Part shown: positions 1-7,752 of the stretch, in pieces | Position numbering within the stretch: position 1 is the stretch's first letter | Layout: each line of letters opens with the position of its first letter | Source: a virus | Taxonomy: Duplodnaviria; Heunggongvirae; Uroviricota; Caudoviricetes | DNA length: 25,186 nucleotides | Virus record (IMG/VR): IMGVR_UViG_2563366883_000011 | Strand: one strand, 5' to 3' | Made by a program: the position numbers and the translations under genes | The notes under the pieces: model-generated | The model's input: only the letters and a program-made list of their open reading frames with translations | Told to the model about the DNA's origin: nothing | The model's database searches: none

Positions 1-366
1 TTACAGTCCGATGATGTCGTCCGCTCTGCCACTACCTCCGGACACCTCCGGCAGCGTCGGGTCCGGCATACCACCCGCCGCTTCACGAGCAGACTTTTGT
101 CGATGGCATTCGGTACAGAGCGTCCAGAGATTCGTCTCCTCATTACCACCACCGAACTGAAGTGCAATTCGGTGATCAAGTTCACTGTCACAGAGGTCAA
201 CCACACGACCACAGAGACAGCACTGCCCGGCGTCCCTGAGCCAGATATGACGCTTGAGGGAAACACGTGCACTGCCACTGACACGACGCTGTTCCCCCTT
301 CAGAATATTCACCCGTCGGGTATTCAGTGTTTTGATTCTGCTCTGGAGTGTACGAAGCTCAGCCAT
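1..366 (-). CDS. HNH endonuclease
   Basis: 121-aa ORF with paired Cys motifs and conserved His (CCLCG...DHRIALQFGG...NLWTLCTECH) typical of HNH nucleases. ATG at 366, stop at 1-3. HNH genes commonly sit next to cos/terminase in lambdoid phages. Confidence 0.8.
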   Translation of the reverse strand: MAELRTLQSRIKTLNTRRVNILKGEQRRVSGSARVSLKRHIWLRDAGQCCLCGRVVDLCDSELDHRIALQFGGGNEETNLWTLCTECHRQKSAREAAGGMPDPTLPEVSGGSGRADDIIGL

Positions 367-407
367 GTAAAATCCCCGTCATATGACAATCAGTAAAGGA
401 AATAAAT

Positions 408-608
408 ATGTCATCGAAAAACCGGACCCGCAGAACCACAACCCGCAATATCCGTTTCCCCAATCACATAATTGAACAAATCAACATAGCCCTTGAGCAT
501 AAAGGGTCCGGTAACTTTTCAGCGTGGGTTATTGAAGCCTGCAGGAGAAGGCTGGCAACAGATGCAACGCATCTGCGCCCGGCCAGCATGAAAAATAACG
601 AGAAATGA
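408..608 (+). CDS. YlcI/YnfO-like small protein, possible ribbon-helix-helix DNA binder
   Basis: 66-aa ORF, ATG at 408 with AAAGGA about 8 nt upstream. Basic N-terminus followed by RNIRFPNHIIEQINIAL, which looks like an RHH beta-strand/helix. Family assignment is from memory of DLP12/Qin small proteins. Confidence 0.5.
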   Translation: MSSKNRTRRTTTRNIRFPNHIIEQINIALEHKGSGNFSAWVIEACRRRLATDATHLRPASMKNNEK

Positions 609-798
609 ACGTTCGGTTTCTTCCACCATCGCACCGGACAGGCGACTATGAGGGGACAACGCCGCGCTCCGTTAACGCGGTAAACCCCGGTGTGCATCGT
701 TTTTGATTATCCCCGCACACTCGCGCAGAGGAGTCTCCCTGTCGGGCTGCGGTCTCTGTTAATGCAGGAATACGGCGACGATACGGCGCATGGCTATG

Positions 799-1347
799 TC
801 AGGCTGAAATGCCTTTATCAAATCCGGGTAACGCAATCTGCCCCTGCTGCTCCAGCCTGTCCAGCCTTGCCAGCAACTGAGGCTTCTTCACCCTGCCCCA
901 GCGATTGAGCAAACGACCTGACATACTGGCAACATCTTTCTCTTTCATGTACTCCAGCATTACAGCGTTGCGTTCAGCTTCATAACTTTCACTGAACTTA
1001 CGGAGTTCAGCGGACATCCAGTTAAAGGCATTAATATAGGCTTCTTTAACGGCATCAGCTTTTGCCCCGTTAAATCCCATAACCAGCATAACGAAGCCGC
1101 TAAAGTCCATGCGGTAGTAAATCTGCTTCTTGTCGAAAATCCCTAACTCATTGATTTTTTCGGCAACGCAAAAATGCGCTCTCCGGAAATCTTCAGAGCA
1201 ATGGCAATTTTTCAGCGCCCTCAATACGTCCGCATGACGCTTACCAAACGCCTTAGCGATCTGAAAAGAGTCTGTTATTGGTTCGCCATCTGCCGCTGTT
1301 ACCAGTTGGCGAAAATCAATACCGTCAACAATCGTCGGATAGTTCAT
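799..1347 (-). CDS. Rha-family phage regulatory protein
   Basis: 182-aa ORF with conserved Rha core (ITDSFQIAKAFGKRHADVLRAL ... MLVMGFNGAKADAVKEAYINAFN). ATG at 1347. Confidence 0.8.
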   Translation of the reverse strand: MNYPTIVDGIDFRQLVTAADGEPITDSFQIAKAFGKRHADVLRALKNCHCSEDFRRAHFCVAEKINELGIFDKKQIYYRMDFSGFVMLVMGFNGAKADAVKEAYINAFNWMSAELRKFSESYEAERNAVMLEYMKEKDVASMSGRLLNRWGRVKKPQLLARLDRLEQQGQIALPGFDKGISA

Positions 1348-1356
1348 CGCGTTTTA

Positions 1357-1448
1357 CCTTTCAGAAAATTGAGCCTGTCTCACAGAAAAGCCGCCCCGAG
1401 ATGGTCGCCACCATATACGGCAGTTCTCAGGCTCAACTTTCTGAAAGG
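1357..1448 (-). promoter_or_regulatory. 21-bp imperfect inverted repeat (20/21) with about 50-nt spacer in the rha leader; downstream arm covers the rha Shine-Dalgarno
   Basis: Arms cctttcagaaaattgagcctg (1357-1377) and caggctcaactttctgaaagg (1428-1448) are reverse complements with one mismatch. Confidence 0.4.
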
Positions 1449-1494
1449 CTCGGGGATGTGATATGCGCGTGAGATGCGCGGTGAAATTCAGATA

Positions 1495-1519
1495 TGAAAA
1501 AGCCAGCGATTAAGCTGGC
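1495..1519 (-). terminator. Intrinsic terminator-like hairpin just downstream of Rz
   Basis: Stem gccagc/gctggc with 6-nt loop; on the minus strand it is followed by TTTTTCAT. Lies directly after the Rz stop (1524-1526). Confidence 0.5.
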
Positions 1520-1523
1520 TCTG

Positions 1524-1991
1524 TTAATTCAGGCACTGAGTGCGGATATAGTCCTGTGCCCCTTCCAGCTGCTTCTGCATCAGCATCAACCGCTCTCTGA
1601 GGGTGAAATAATCCCGTTCAGCGGTGTCTGCCAGTCGGGGGCCGGTTGCATTATCCACGCCGGAGGTGCCGGTGGCTTCACGCACGGTACCGTGGCAGGT
1701 GGCGTTGATCCGCAGGCGCTTACGACCAGCGGCAACATCAGCACGCAGAGTTTCATTTTCAGCTCTCGCATCAGCTAATTCCCTCGAGTATTTTGCATCG
1801 AGCGCAGCAACATCGCGCTGGCGCACCTGCATATCAGTAATGGTTGCGTTTGCCAGCTCCAGCTCTCTGGCTTTTTTATCTCGCTGCGCTTTGTAGGTGA
1901 TGGCGTTATCGCGGTAATGATTCAGCCCCAGACTAAGCGCACCACAGGCCACCAGCAGGACAATAATCACCACACACAGAACACGGTTCAT
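1524..1991 (-). CDS. Rz: Rz i-spanin (inner-membrane spanin subunit)
   Basis: 155-aa ORF with N-terminal TM segment ([16 protein letters not shown]) followed by a charged coiled-coil-like region. Strong SD (GAGGGGGAT) before ATG at 1991. Follows the endolysin as in lambdoid lysis cassettes. Confidence 0.85.
   Translation of the reverse strand: MNRVLCVVIIVLLVACGALSLGLNHYRDNAITYKAQRDKKARELELANATITDMQVRQRDVAALDAKYSRELADARAENETLRADVAAGRKRLRINATCHGTVREATGTSGVDNATGPRLADTAERDYFTLRERLMLMQKQLEGAQDYIRTQCLN
1586..1771 (-). CDS. Rz1: Rz1 o-spanin lipoprotein, embedded in the +1 frame of Rz
   Basis: 61-aa ORF wholly inside Rz in another frame. Signal sequence with lipobox-like VVSAC, then a proline-rich mature part ([16 protein letters not shown]). 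Confidence 0.75.
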   Translation of the reverse strand: MRELKMKLCVLMLPLVVSACGSTPPATVPCVKPPAPPAWIMQPAPDWQTPLNGIISPSESG

Positions 1992-2143
1992 ATCCCCCTC
2001 ACCCCAGCATCCCCGACGAAGACAACATCATCCAGCCCAGGGAAAGAAAAATAGCAACCAGCATTAGTGAAAATGAAATGCCGACGATTACACAGAGGAT
2101 CTTCGCCAGCGTTATGACGCTTGTCTGACATGCTTAATCCTCT

Positions 2144-2326
2144 TCACGATTTCAACGCAATGACCAGTTTTGCTAGTCCATACAGCATCGGAGACACAGC
2201 AATACCGACCGCCACCCACTTAATAGCAAAAGCCAGCGCTCTGCTGATGTCATCAGTTACAGGCGCTTTCAGTTCAAGGCCGTTTTTCATAGTCAACCTC
2301 AACAGAATTCGTTTATACTTTTCCAT
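2144..2326 (-). CDS. Hypothetical small membrane protein (60 aa) between endolysin and Rz
   Basis: Strong SD (AAGGGAGAA) 6 nt before ATG at 2326; the ORF track extends to a GTG at 2359. C-terminal hydrophobic helix (WVAVGIAVSPMLYGLAKLVIAL). No family recognised. Confidence 0.45.
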   Translation of the reverse strand: MEKYKRILLRLTMKNGLELKAPVTDDISRALAFAIKWVAVGIAVSPMLYGLAKLVIALKS

Positions 2327-2359
2327 GTTCTCCCTTGCCTTATCCAAGGTCAGAAACAC

Positions 2360-2393
2360 AAAACCCCGCTTGCTGCCAACAAACGGGGTTTTT
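2360..2393. terminator. Stem-loop between endolysin and the small membrane-protein gene; possible bidirectional terminator or processing site
   Basis: aaaaccccg ... cggggtttt, a 9-bp stem with about 15-nt loop. T-rich on the plus side, TTTTGTGTTTCT on the minus side. Confidence 0.35.
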
Positions 2394-2482
2394 ACTTTTA
2401 TTCACTTAGGTTTTGCCAGTTCGCAGGATTTCGTGTTATCCGCCCGCGTTGGCCAACGTCATTTTTCAGCAAAATATTCTTC

Positions 2483-3016
2483 TTATCTGTCGATTCCCCA
2501 GCACGCCAGCGCGCTCTCCTGATCACGCCGGGATACCTGACCGTAACAGTTATTTGAGCGGATACGGCAGTCCCTGCCACCGTCCTTAATCCACCAGCGA
2601 ATCGCCTCGCATGCTCCCCTGCGATCACCAGCATTAATTCGTCTGTAAAACGTCGACGGGAAACACTTACCGGGACCAATGTTGTACGGACAGAATGACG
2701 CGATCCCCGCTTTCTGGGGTTCGGTCAGCGGCACTCTGATGTTTTTCTCCACCCACGCCAGCGCTTTATCACGCTCAATGGCGTTAACCTGGTCGCATTT
2801 TTCCTTCGACAACTTCATGCCCGGAACGACAGGTTTGCCATCCACCACCGTGGCACCCCGGCAGATGGTCCATATACCAGAACCATCACGGTATGCTGTG
2901 GTGTGGTTACCTTCTTTTTCATCCAGAAACTGGTCGAGAATGTCAGGCGCAGATGCGCCTGCAGTAATCAGCGCCAGAATGGCAGCCGACAGGCCGTATC
3001 TGATTTTTGCGTTCAT
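2483..3016 (-). CDS. R: SAR endolysin (phage lysozyme, glycoside hydrolase family 24-like)
   Basis: 177 aa with N-terminal signal-anchor-release-like hydrophobic segment (LSAAILALITAGASA), then lysozyme core motifs (EGNHTTAYRDGSGIWTICRG ...). Same length and position as Qin RrrQ / phage 21 R. Confidence 0.9.
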   Translation of the reverse strand: MNAKIRYGLSAAILALITAGASAPDILDQFLDEKEGNHTTAYRDGSGIWTICRGATVVDGKPVVPGMKLSKEKCDQVNAIERDKALAWVEKNIRVPLTEPQKAGIASFCPYNIGPGKCFPSTFYRRINAGDRRGACEAIRWWIKDGGRDCRIRSNNCYGQVSRRDQESALACWGIDR

Positions 3017-3077
3017 GGATATTTATCAGGATTTATCGGTTCCGAATCCCTGGATATGTTAAGTCTTCAGCCCGCCA

Positions 3078-3317
3078 GTGGTGGGCACTGGCGTAAACTC
3101 AACAATGCGAGATGGCTGCCTCGCAAAGATAATCAAAGCAATGGATGCACTAAGTAAAAATAACGCTGTGTCAGATTACCTGATCGCCGAAATGGAACAT
3201 CTAATTAAAGAAATACCAAAGACAGTTGCTCGTGATGATAAAAGATTCCTCAAGGCTGCTGAAGATGCTCTTTCAACAGTGAAGCGCAGCTTAGATGCGC
3301 CGCGCGATCAAGAATAG
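3078..3317 (+). CDS. Hypothetical small protein, antisense-convergent to the 176-aa gene; start uncertain (GTG 3078 or ATG 3105/3144)
   Basis: 79-aa ORF in an AT-rich patch, followed by a plus-strand hairpin plus T-run (3341-3372). No clear SD, so it may be non-coding. Confidence 0.3.
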   Translation: MVGTGVNSTMRDGCLAKIIKAMDALSKNNAVSDYLIAEMEHLIKEIPKTVARDDKRFLKAAEDALSTVKRSLDAPRDQE

Positions 3318-3780
3318 TTTCTTTCATTTCATCTGCTGCAAGCACCTCATTTTTTGTTGGGGTGCTTTTTTTCAATTCAGCGATATAGCACTCCAGTTTT
3401 TCAATGCGTGATTCAATATCATCGTTTTCTGACCGCAATGCCGTCGGTGGCGTCTTCAGAGAACCAGTAATTATTCCCGGTAGTTTTCCTCTGTAGGTTA
3501 TCAACACATCCTGCGCCTCTAAAATTATGGGGCGCTTTTCCGGCGACTGCTCATCCCCTTCACATAACCCGGCAGCAATATCCATGAAAAACTGCTTCGC
3601 CTTCTTTTTCGCCTCAGCTTCGTAAAACTCCAGCGGGGCACCTTCAACACGATCAAGATCAATCACCACATTTGGCAACAACAGTGACGTATACCCACCC
3701 GTTTCCAGTGCCACAGTAACAGTAATCTTATCCGGGTAATTATTTATCCCTTTAACAACCAGTTCGTATTGTTTATTCAT
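3250..3780 (-). CDS. Hypothetical protein (176 aa) inserted between pinholin and endolysin, at the position YdfR occupies in Qin
   Basis: ATG at 3780 lies 3 nt after the holin stop, with GGGGAGAG SD inside the holin 3' end (translational coupling). AT-richer than flanking lysis genes by eye. No family recognised. Confidence 0.6.
   Translation of the reverse strand: MNKQYELVVKGINNYPDKITVTVALETGGYTSLLLPNVVIDLDRVEGAPLEFYEAEAKKKAKQFFMDIAAGLCEGDEQSPEKRPIILEAQDVLITYRGKLPGIITGSLKTPPTALRSENDDIESRIEKLECYIAELKKSTPTKNEVLAADEMKETILDRAAHLSCASLLKEHLQQP
3341..3372 (+). terminator. Plus-strand hairpin plus T-run, antisense to the 176-aa gene
   Basis: agcacc ... ggtgct stem followed by TTTTTT; the loop is large (about 14 nt). 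Confidence 0.35.
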
Positions 3781-3783
3781 CGT

Positions 3784-3999
3784 CTACTCTCCCCGCGCCG
3801 CCTTACGCCGGTCTTCTTTAATTTTGAAATACAGGTTCGTCAGATATGTCAGCAGACCAAACAGCAGACTCCCCAGCACGCCTATTGCCGCCCACTGAGA
3901 CGGGGAAACCCTGTCCAGCAACTGCAGGAACCAGTAGCCCGTTCCCACCGCTGACGTGGTGTATGACACACCTGTTGTGATTTTTTCCATCTGGTACAT
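3784..3999 (-). CDS. S: Class II pinholin, phage 21 S-like, with dual-start motif
   Basis: 71 aa, MYQMEK...[51 protein letters not shown], matching the S21 pinholin pattern. Met1 and Met4 give antiholin/holin starts. GGGAGA SD before ATG at 3999. Confidence 0.85.
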   Translation of the reverse strand: MYQMEKITTGVSYTTSAVGTGYWFLQLLDRVSPSQWAAIGVLGSLLFGLLTYLTNLYFKIKEDRRKAARGE

Positions 4000-4074
4000 A
4001 CCCCGTCTCCCGCAATCCGGAAGCTCACAACAACAAGTGGGGCATCAGCTCACACCGACACCCACTGCGCATGG

Positions 4075-4344
4075 TTACATCATCATTTCGCCGTCAGGCT
4101 GAGGCTCTTCACTACCGTCAGGCTGAGACCCGACGCCATCTGAAACAGCACTGTCATCCGCAATGCCTTCCGGCTCCGGAACAGTCGGTGCGCCCAGCAG
4201 TTCATCCAGAATGGCATCCACTTCTGCATCAAGACGCGCCTCAAGGTTCTGCCGAAGTTGCTGTTTCAGTGCGCTTCTGACTTCTTCAGAGCGCAGGACT
4301 TCCTTCACTGCCTCAGCAGTGACCAGCGATTTTATTTCTGACAT
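4075..4344 (-). CDS. Hypothetical acidic protein (89 aa)
   Basis: ATG at 4344 is in frame with the longer ORF-track call 4075..4518. Acidic, low-complexity C-terminus. SD is weak. Confidence 0.4.
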   Translation of the reverse strand: MSEIKSLVTAEAVKEVLRSEEVRSALKQQLRQNLEARLDAEVDAILDELLGAPTVPEPEGIADDSAVSDGVGSQPDGSEEPQPDGEMMM

Positions 4345-4369
4345 AGGATTTTCTCGTTGAAAGGGGTTA

Positions 4370-4564
4370 TTAAGAAGGTTGTTCCGGAATGAGTGGGGCT
4401 TCTGTTTTTGCTCCGGCTGACTGACTGGCGCTGATTTTCTCTGCGGCCCTTTTATCAATCTGCCTGCGCCAGGAATCGCGCACTGCCCTGTACCCACCCG
4501 AAAGAAGATACAGCACACAGACCGCCGTACAGAAGTACAGCATCACCTGATGAATAAATGTCAT
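4370..4564 (-). CDS. Hypothetical small membrane protein (64 aa)
   Basis: ATG at 4564. N-terminal hydrophobic helix (VMLYFCTAVCVLYLLSGG), then a charged tail. Lies between nanS-p and the holin. Confidence 0.4.
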   Translation of the reverse strand: MTFIHQVMLYFCTAVCVLYLLSGGYRAVRDSWRRQIDKRAAEKISASQSAGAKTEAPLIPEQPS

Positions 4565-4582
4565 AGTTTCTTACCGTTATGG

Positions 4583-4698
4583 TTGACAATGAGAACTGTT
4601 TTCATTTAAAAACCGATATACGAAAGCATCTTTTCTTTACATTCTCCATTGGGATTACCTCCGCCAGCTTCCGTTCCTGCCGCTGGCGGTTTTTTTTT
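4583..4698 (+). ncRNA. Candidate small RNA: sigma70-like promoter (TTGACA-17-TTAAAA) plus intrinsic terminator about 80 nt downstream, in the intergenic gap below nanS-p
   Basis: Perfect -35 TTGACA at 4583-4588, -10-like TTAAAA at 4606-4611, and a terminator hairpin with a 9-T run at 4661-4698. No ORF lies between them. Confidence 0.25.
4661..4698 (+). terminator. Plus-strand intrinsic terminator abutting the nanS-p stop codon
   Basis: Stem ccgccagc/gctggcgg (8 bp) followed by TTTTTTTTT. Confidence 0.55.
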
Positions 4699-4703
4699 GC
4701 CGG

Positions 4704-6683
4704 TTATGCTGATGCCCGGCTTTCGTTAACTTTGACTGTGACCGTATCAAGCAGTACCGGATACGTCGCTTTTGTCCCCGTGATATCTGTCAGCGTCAGC
4801 GTATCTGCTGTAAAGCCATCATTTGTCCACATCACAAGGTCAAATGCCGTCTGCTCTGCACCATCAATCACCGGAACAACTCTTTCGCTGTTATTTCCCG
4901 CAAAGCGGAAAACAACCGTATGCCAGTTATGGTCAAACGTACCAAATGTACCCAGTTGTGCATTCGAGGAGCCCTTCTGGTGCATCAGATTAAGATTTGA
5001 TGTATCCGTCTGAAGGAAGAATGATGCCAGCATACTGTTTGCTGTCGCGCCTGACGCCCACTGCGACACCGGCCAGTAGATACCAAAGACAAACTGTCCG
5101 TTCACCAGCTCGCTTCCATCCGGAATTTTGAACCGTACGGCAATTTCCCCCCCCTTGCTGAGAAGATTTTTTGCCTCCTCCACTGCAATAGTACGGAACA
5201 TTTTCCAGGACGTCAGTTTACCGGGCTGTTTTTCCAGTCGCAGCGCTTTCCGTCCACCGTCATCAGTCACAGTGCCTTTGCCGCCGGAAGCGCCCCACTG
5301 CTGCTCTGTCAATGCACCATTTCCACTGTTCGCATCATATTCAGCCACCGTCCTGGTACTGCTCACGGCCTCATCATGACCAGTACCAGCAACACCGCCA
5401 TCCTGCGGTTTCTCAACATCCGGTGTCCCCGGACTGACAGGCGTTGTACCACCCGACTGCGGTGCGCTCTGCCCGGTAAGGAACGATAATGTCCGCCCGG
5501 CGTACTGCAAAATGGCACCTGCCAGGCGGTCTGAAACAAGGCCTCTTCGCGCCCATGAACTGAAGTGCGTTTTACGATCGGCTGACGTCCAGTTACTGGC
5601 AGTGCGTGACGCAGCGCCATAGTATCCCGCCGGGATAATGTCCGGATCTTCTGACGGCTCGTTTGTCGGCACATTCACACCATGCTCATCCGTCATCAAC
5701 GGCACAAAGTGAATATTCTGCGCAGCTTTTCCTTTATACCCACCGTAAACCGCCTCATACGGCGCTGCATACCTTTCCTTCCAGTAGTACGTGGTATCAC
5801 CGCAAATCCACGGGACGCTGGCCGTTGTCCCGCCAGTACACTGCTCTGCCACATCTGCCAGTTCCGTACGGAACTGATTTACCATGGCAAGGAAAAGCGC
5901 ATTGTGTTCTGCATGTCTCCCCGAACTGACATCTTTTTCTCCCTGCATCCAGATCACTGATAACAGCACGTTCTTCGGATTTTTCTTCAGGGCCGCACGG
6001 GTTCTGCTGACCAGGTCATGATACAGCGGTTTATCCGCCCCCCACAGGGACGAGCCTGCGGTCGCTCCCGACGCTTCGTTAAACGCCCCCTCGGCCCCCG
6101 CAGTAAATCCCGAATCGCCACGGCCACATGGAACAAGAAGGATACCCGCATTCGCAGGCATAAACGGCAGCAGCTTTTTGGCAACATGCAGAGCATGCCC
6201 CACACAACCGTACTGCCCCTTATTCAGGTCCGCATGAGGATGATTCAGGTTACTCATATCCTGCACATCATGCAGACAGTGGTCTGCCGGAATGATGTCG
6301 TTATATTTACAGGCGGCACCACCCGGCGTCACCGTACTGCGACGCGCCAGCTGTTTAATACGCGGGTCCGGACGGTCATATGTCTCCGGCAGCGGCAGCC
6401 CTTCCCCAAAAGACATTGAGTTTGACTGCCCCGCCAGAACAACAACAAAGTAATACTCCGGTTCGCTGGTGGTGCTGATAACTGTGCCTTCTCCATCCGA
6501 CGGCTTCACCACCACAGGTGTGGTGACATCACCTTCCGCCGCAATGGCCTGCATCAGGGTATAAGGCGTGATGGCCACCGGGCTGCCAAATGGCTGCCAC
6601 CCCTCCTTCAGTTTTTGTGTCAGTCGCTCCGCAAGGTCTGACGGCGACGCCGCCCTGACCACATCGTAGTGTTTAAATGTCAT
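4704..6683 (-). CDS. nanS-p: NanS-p-like sialate O-acetylesterase (DUF1737-like N-terminus, SASA/SGNH-type esterase domain, C-terminal putative carbohydrate-binding domain)
   Basis: 659 aa with GQSN catalytic-block motif (VVLAGQSNSMSFG). Size, domain order and position (downstream of Q, upstream of holin) match the large esterase ORF found after stx2AB in Stx phages. GGAGG SD before ATG at 6683. Confidence 0.8.
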   Translation of the reverse strand: MTFKHYDVVRAASPSDLAERLTQKLKEGWQPFGSPVAITPYTLMQAIAAEGDVTTPVVVKPSDGEGTVISTTSEPEYYFVVVLAGQSNSMSFGEGLPLPETYDRPDPRIKQLARRSTVTPGGAACKYNDIIPADHCLHDVQDMSNLNHPHADLNKGQYGCVGHALHVAKKLLPFMPANAGILLVPCGRGDSGFTAGAEGAFNEASGATAGSSLWGADKPLYHDLVSRTRAALKKNPKNVLLSVIWMQGEKDVSSGRHAEHNALFLAMVNQFRTELADVAEQCTGGTTASVPWICGDTTYYWKERYAAPYEAVYGGYKGKAAQNIHFVPLMTDEHGVNVPTNEPSEDPDIIPAGYYGAASRTASNWTSADRKTHFSSWARRGLVSDRLAGAILQYAGRTLSFLTGQSAPQSGGTTPVSPGTPDVEKPQDGGVAGTGHDEAVSSTRTVAEYDANSGNGALTEQQWGASGGKGTVTDDGGRKALRLEKQPGKLTSWKMFRTIAVEEAKNLLSKGGEIAVRFKIPDGSELVNGQFVFGIYWPVSQWASGATANSMLASFFLQTDTSNLNLMHQKGSSNAQLGTFGTFDHNWHTVVFRFAGNNSERVVPVIDGAEQTAFDLVMWTNDGFTADTLTLTDITGTKATYPVLLDTVTVKVNESRASA

Positions 6684-6865
6684 GAATCCTCCCGGTCGGG
6701 ATAATGTTGTGAGTCAGATAAGGAGCGAGCTGAAGTCCGGAAGTTACAGGACAATGGCAGGAGGAAGACTACAGCCCGCAATACGAAAAAGGCCGCGCAG
6801 TTGCGCAGCCTTATGAATTCTGGTTAAAATCCATTCGATTATAAAAATGTATATCTCATGCTGTT

Positions 6866-6891
6866 GCCCGAACCCACTCGGGCTTTTTTTT
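6866..6891 (+). terminator. Plus-strand intrinsic terminator upstream of nanS-p
   Basis: Stem gcccga/tcgggc with 6-nt loop, followed by TTTTTTTT. Confidence 0.5.
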
Positions 6892-6893
6892 GC

Positions 6894-6922
6894 CCACAAG
6901 AAAGCCCCTCCGGAGAGGGGCT
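6894..6922 (-). terminator. Minus-strand intrinsic terminator at the downstream end of repeat copy A
   Basis: 8-bp GC-rich stem agcccctc/gaggggct with 4-nt loop; on the minus strand it is followed by TTTCTTGTG. Confidence 0.45.
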
Positions 6923-7157
6923 AAAGCCGCGTATCTGTATCATCATGCACATGGTGCCGGGTGCCTCCCGGTGAGTTCAGCCCGGTGCCACTAAACCCGC
7001 GTCATTCTCGTTTTGATAATCAGAGATTATACCGTCACCAGTCGCCCCTCCGCTCAGGGGGATTCACCATGCGAAATTTTTTTAACAAATGCCCAGTCTG
7101 ACAGGCAACTGTCAACTTACTGAATTGTGAGCAACATAGCATTTAACGGGGAACCTG
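6894..7157. repeat. Copy A of a diverged direct repeat (about 250 bp) in the Q to nanS-p leader
   Basis: Shares with copy B, in the same order: gcccctccggagaggggct hairpin, atggtgccgggtgcctcccggtgagttcag, cccctccgc.cagggggattcaccatgc, and ctgaattgtgag. Confidence 0.65.
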
Positions 7158-7165
7158 TTTTCTGC

Positions 7166-7195
7166 AGTAAAAAGGCCCACCGGAGCGGATGGGCC
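7166..7195 (-). terminator. Minus-strand terminator-like hairpin between the two repeat copies
   Basis: Stem ggccca/tgggcc with ccggagcgga loop; followed on the minus strand by TTTTTAC. Confidence 0.4.
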
Positions 7196-7381
7196 TGGAA
7201 GGATAGCGGTCATGTGATGCCGGTTTCCCGGTAACTCAGCACCGGTATCTGAGTCAACGTTTTCTCTACTGGGTCATTTCCGATACGCCCTGCCTGCTGA
7301 CAGGCTTTCATCACATCTGAAAATATAGCACCCTGACTGATACTGTAGTACCCAAGGTTCCAGAAACTGTGATGTATCCGG

Positions 7382-7409
7382 CACAGAAAAGCCCCTCCGG
7401 AGAGGGGCT
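7382..7409 (-). terminator. Minus-strand intrinsic terminator at the downstream end of repeat copy B
   Basis: Stem agcccctc/gaggggct with 4-nt loop; followed on the minus strand by TTTTCTGTG. Confidence 0.45.
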
Positions 7410-7637
7410 GGAGAGTGGCGCTATGTGCCATTGCATGGTGCCGGGTGCCTCCCGGTGAGTTCAGTATCAGCACCTGAACCCGCACAGAAAGGATAAGGGT
7501 CGGTGACAAAACACCAGTTGCTGATTGCCCCTCCGCACAGGGGGATTCACCATGCCAGTTTCTTTTAACAAACTCCCCGCAAACCAGACAACAGTCAACC
7601 GCCTGAATTGTGAGGTATTTAAAAATTTCAACGGGTA
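7382..7637. repeat. Copy B of the diverged direct repeat (about 250 bp)
   Basis: Same blocks as copy A in the same order and orientation, with substitutions and indels. Confidence 0.65.
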
Positions 7638-7723
7638 ACTGATACCCTGCTAATCGCCTGATGCTTTCTTTTTCAGCAACGGGAAAGCAACAACCACCAC
7701 ACCCACCAGCCGCCCATTTACCA

Positions 7724-7752
7724 CAAATAAAAAAGCCTTCACTGCGGAAGGC
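7724..7752 (-). terminator. Minus-strand intrinsic terminator overlapping the stop of the small 59-aa ORF
   Basis: Stem gccttc/gaaggc with 6-nt loop; followed on the minus strand by TTTTTTATT. Confidence 0.5.

Noticed and set aside
464..1472. Short ORFs around the Rha gene (464..697 minus, 690..908 plus, 1174..1461 plus, 1278..1472 plus)
   Set aside because: They are antisense or out-of-frame overlaps of Rha, or lie within its structured leader. Translations are low complexity.
3818..4015. 65-aa ORF overlapping the pinholin in another frame
   Set aside because: The pinholin frame matches the S21 pattern convincingly; the alternative frame gives a Gly/Arg-rich translation.
4579..6419. ORF-track calls overlapping nanS-p (4579..5013, 5128..5379, 5363..5674, 5663..5929, 5682..5960, 5987..6205, 6018..6419)
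   Set aside because: All lie wholly inside the 659-aa esterase gene in other frames or antisense, with low-complexity or Arg/Ser-rich translations and no RBS.
7210..7509. 99-aa minus-strand ORF in the late leader
   Set aside because: It spans repeat copy B and two terminator hairpins, and its translation is low complexity. Only the last 33 codons could be a separate micro-ORF, and that has no SD.
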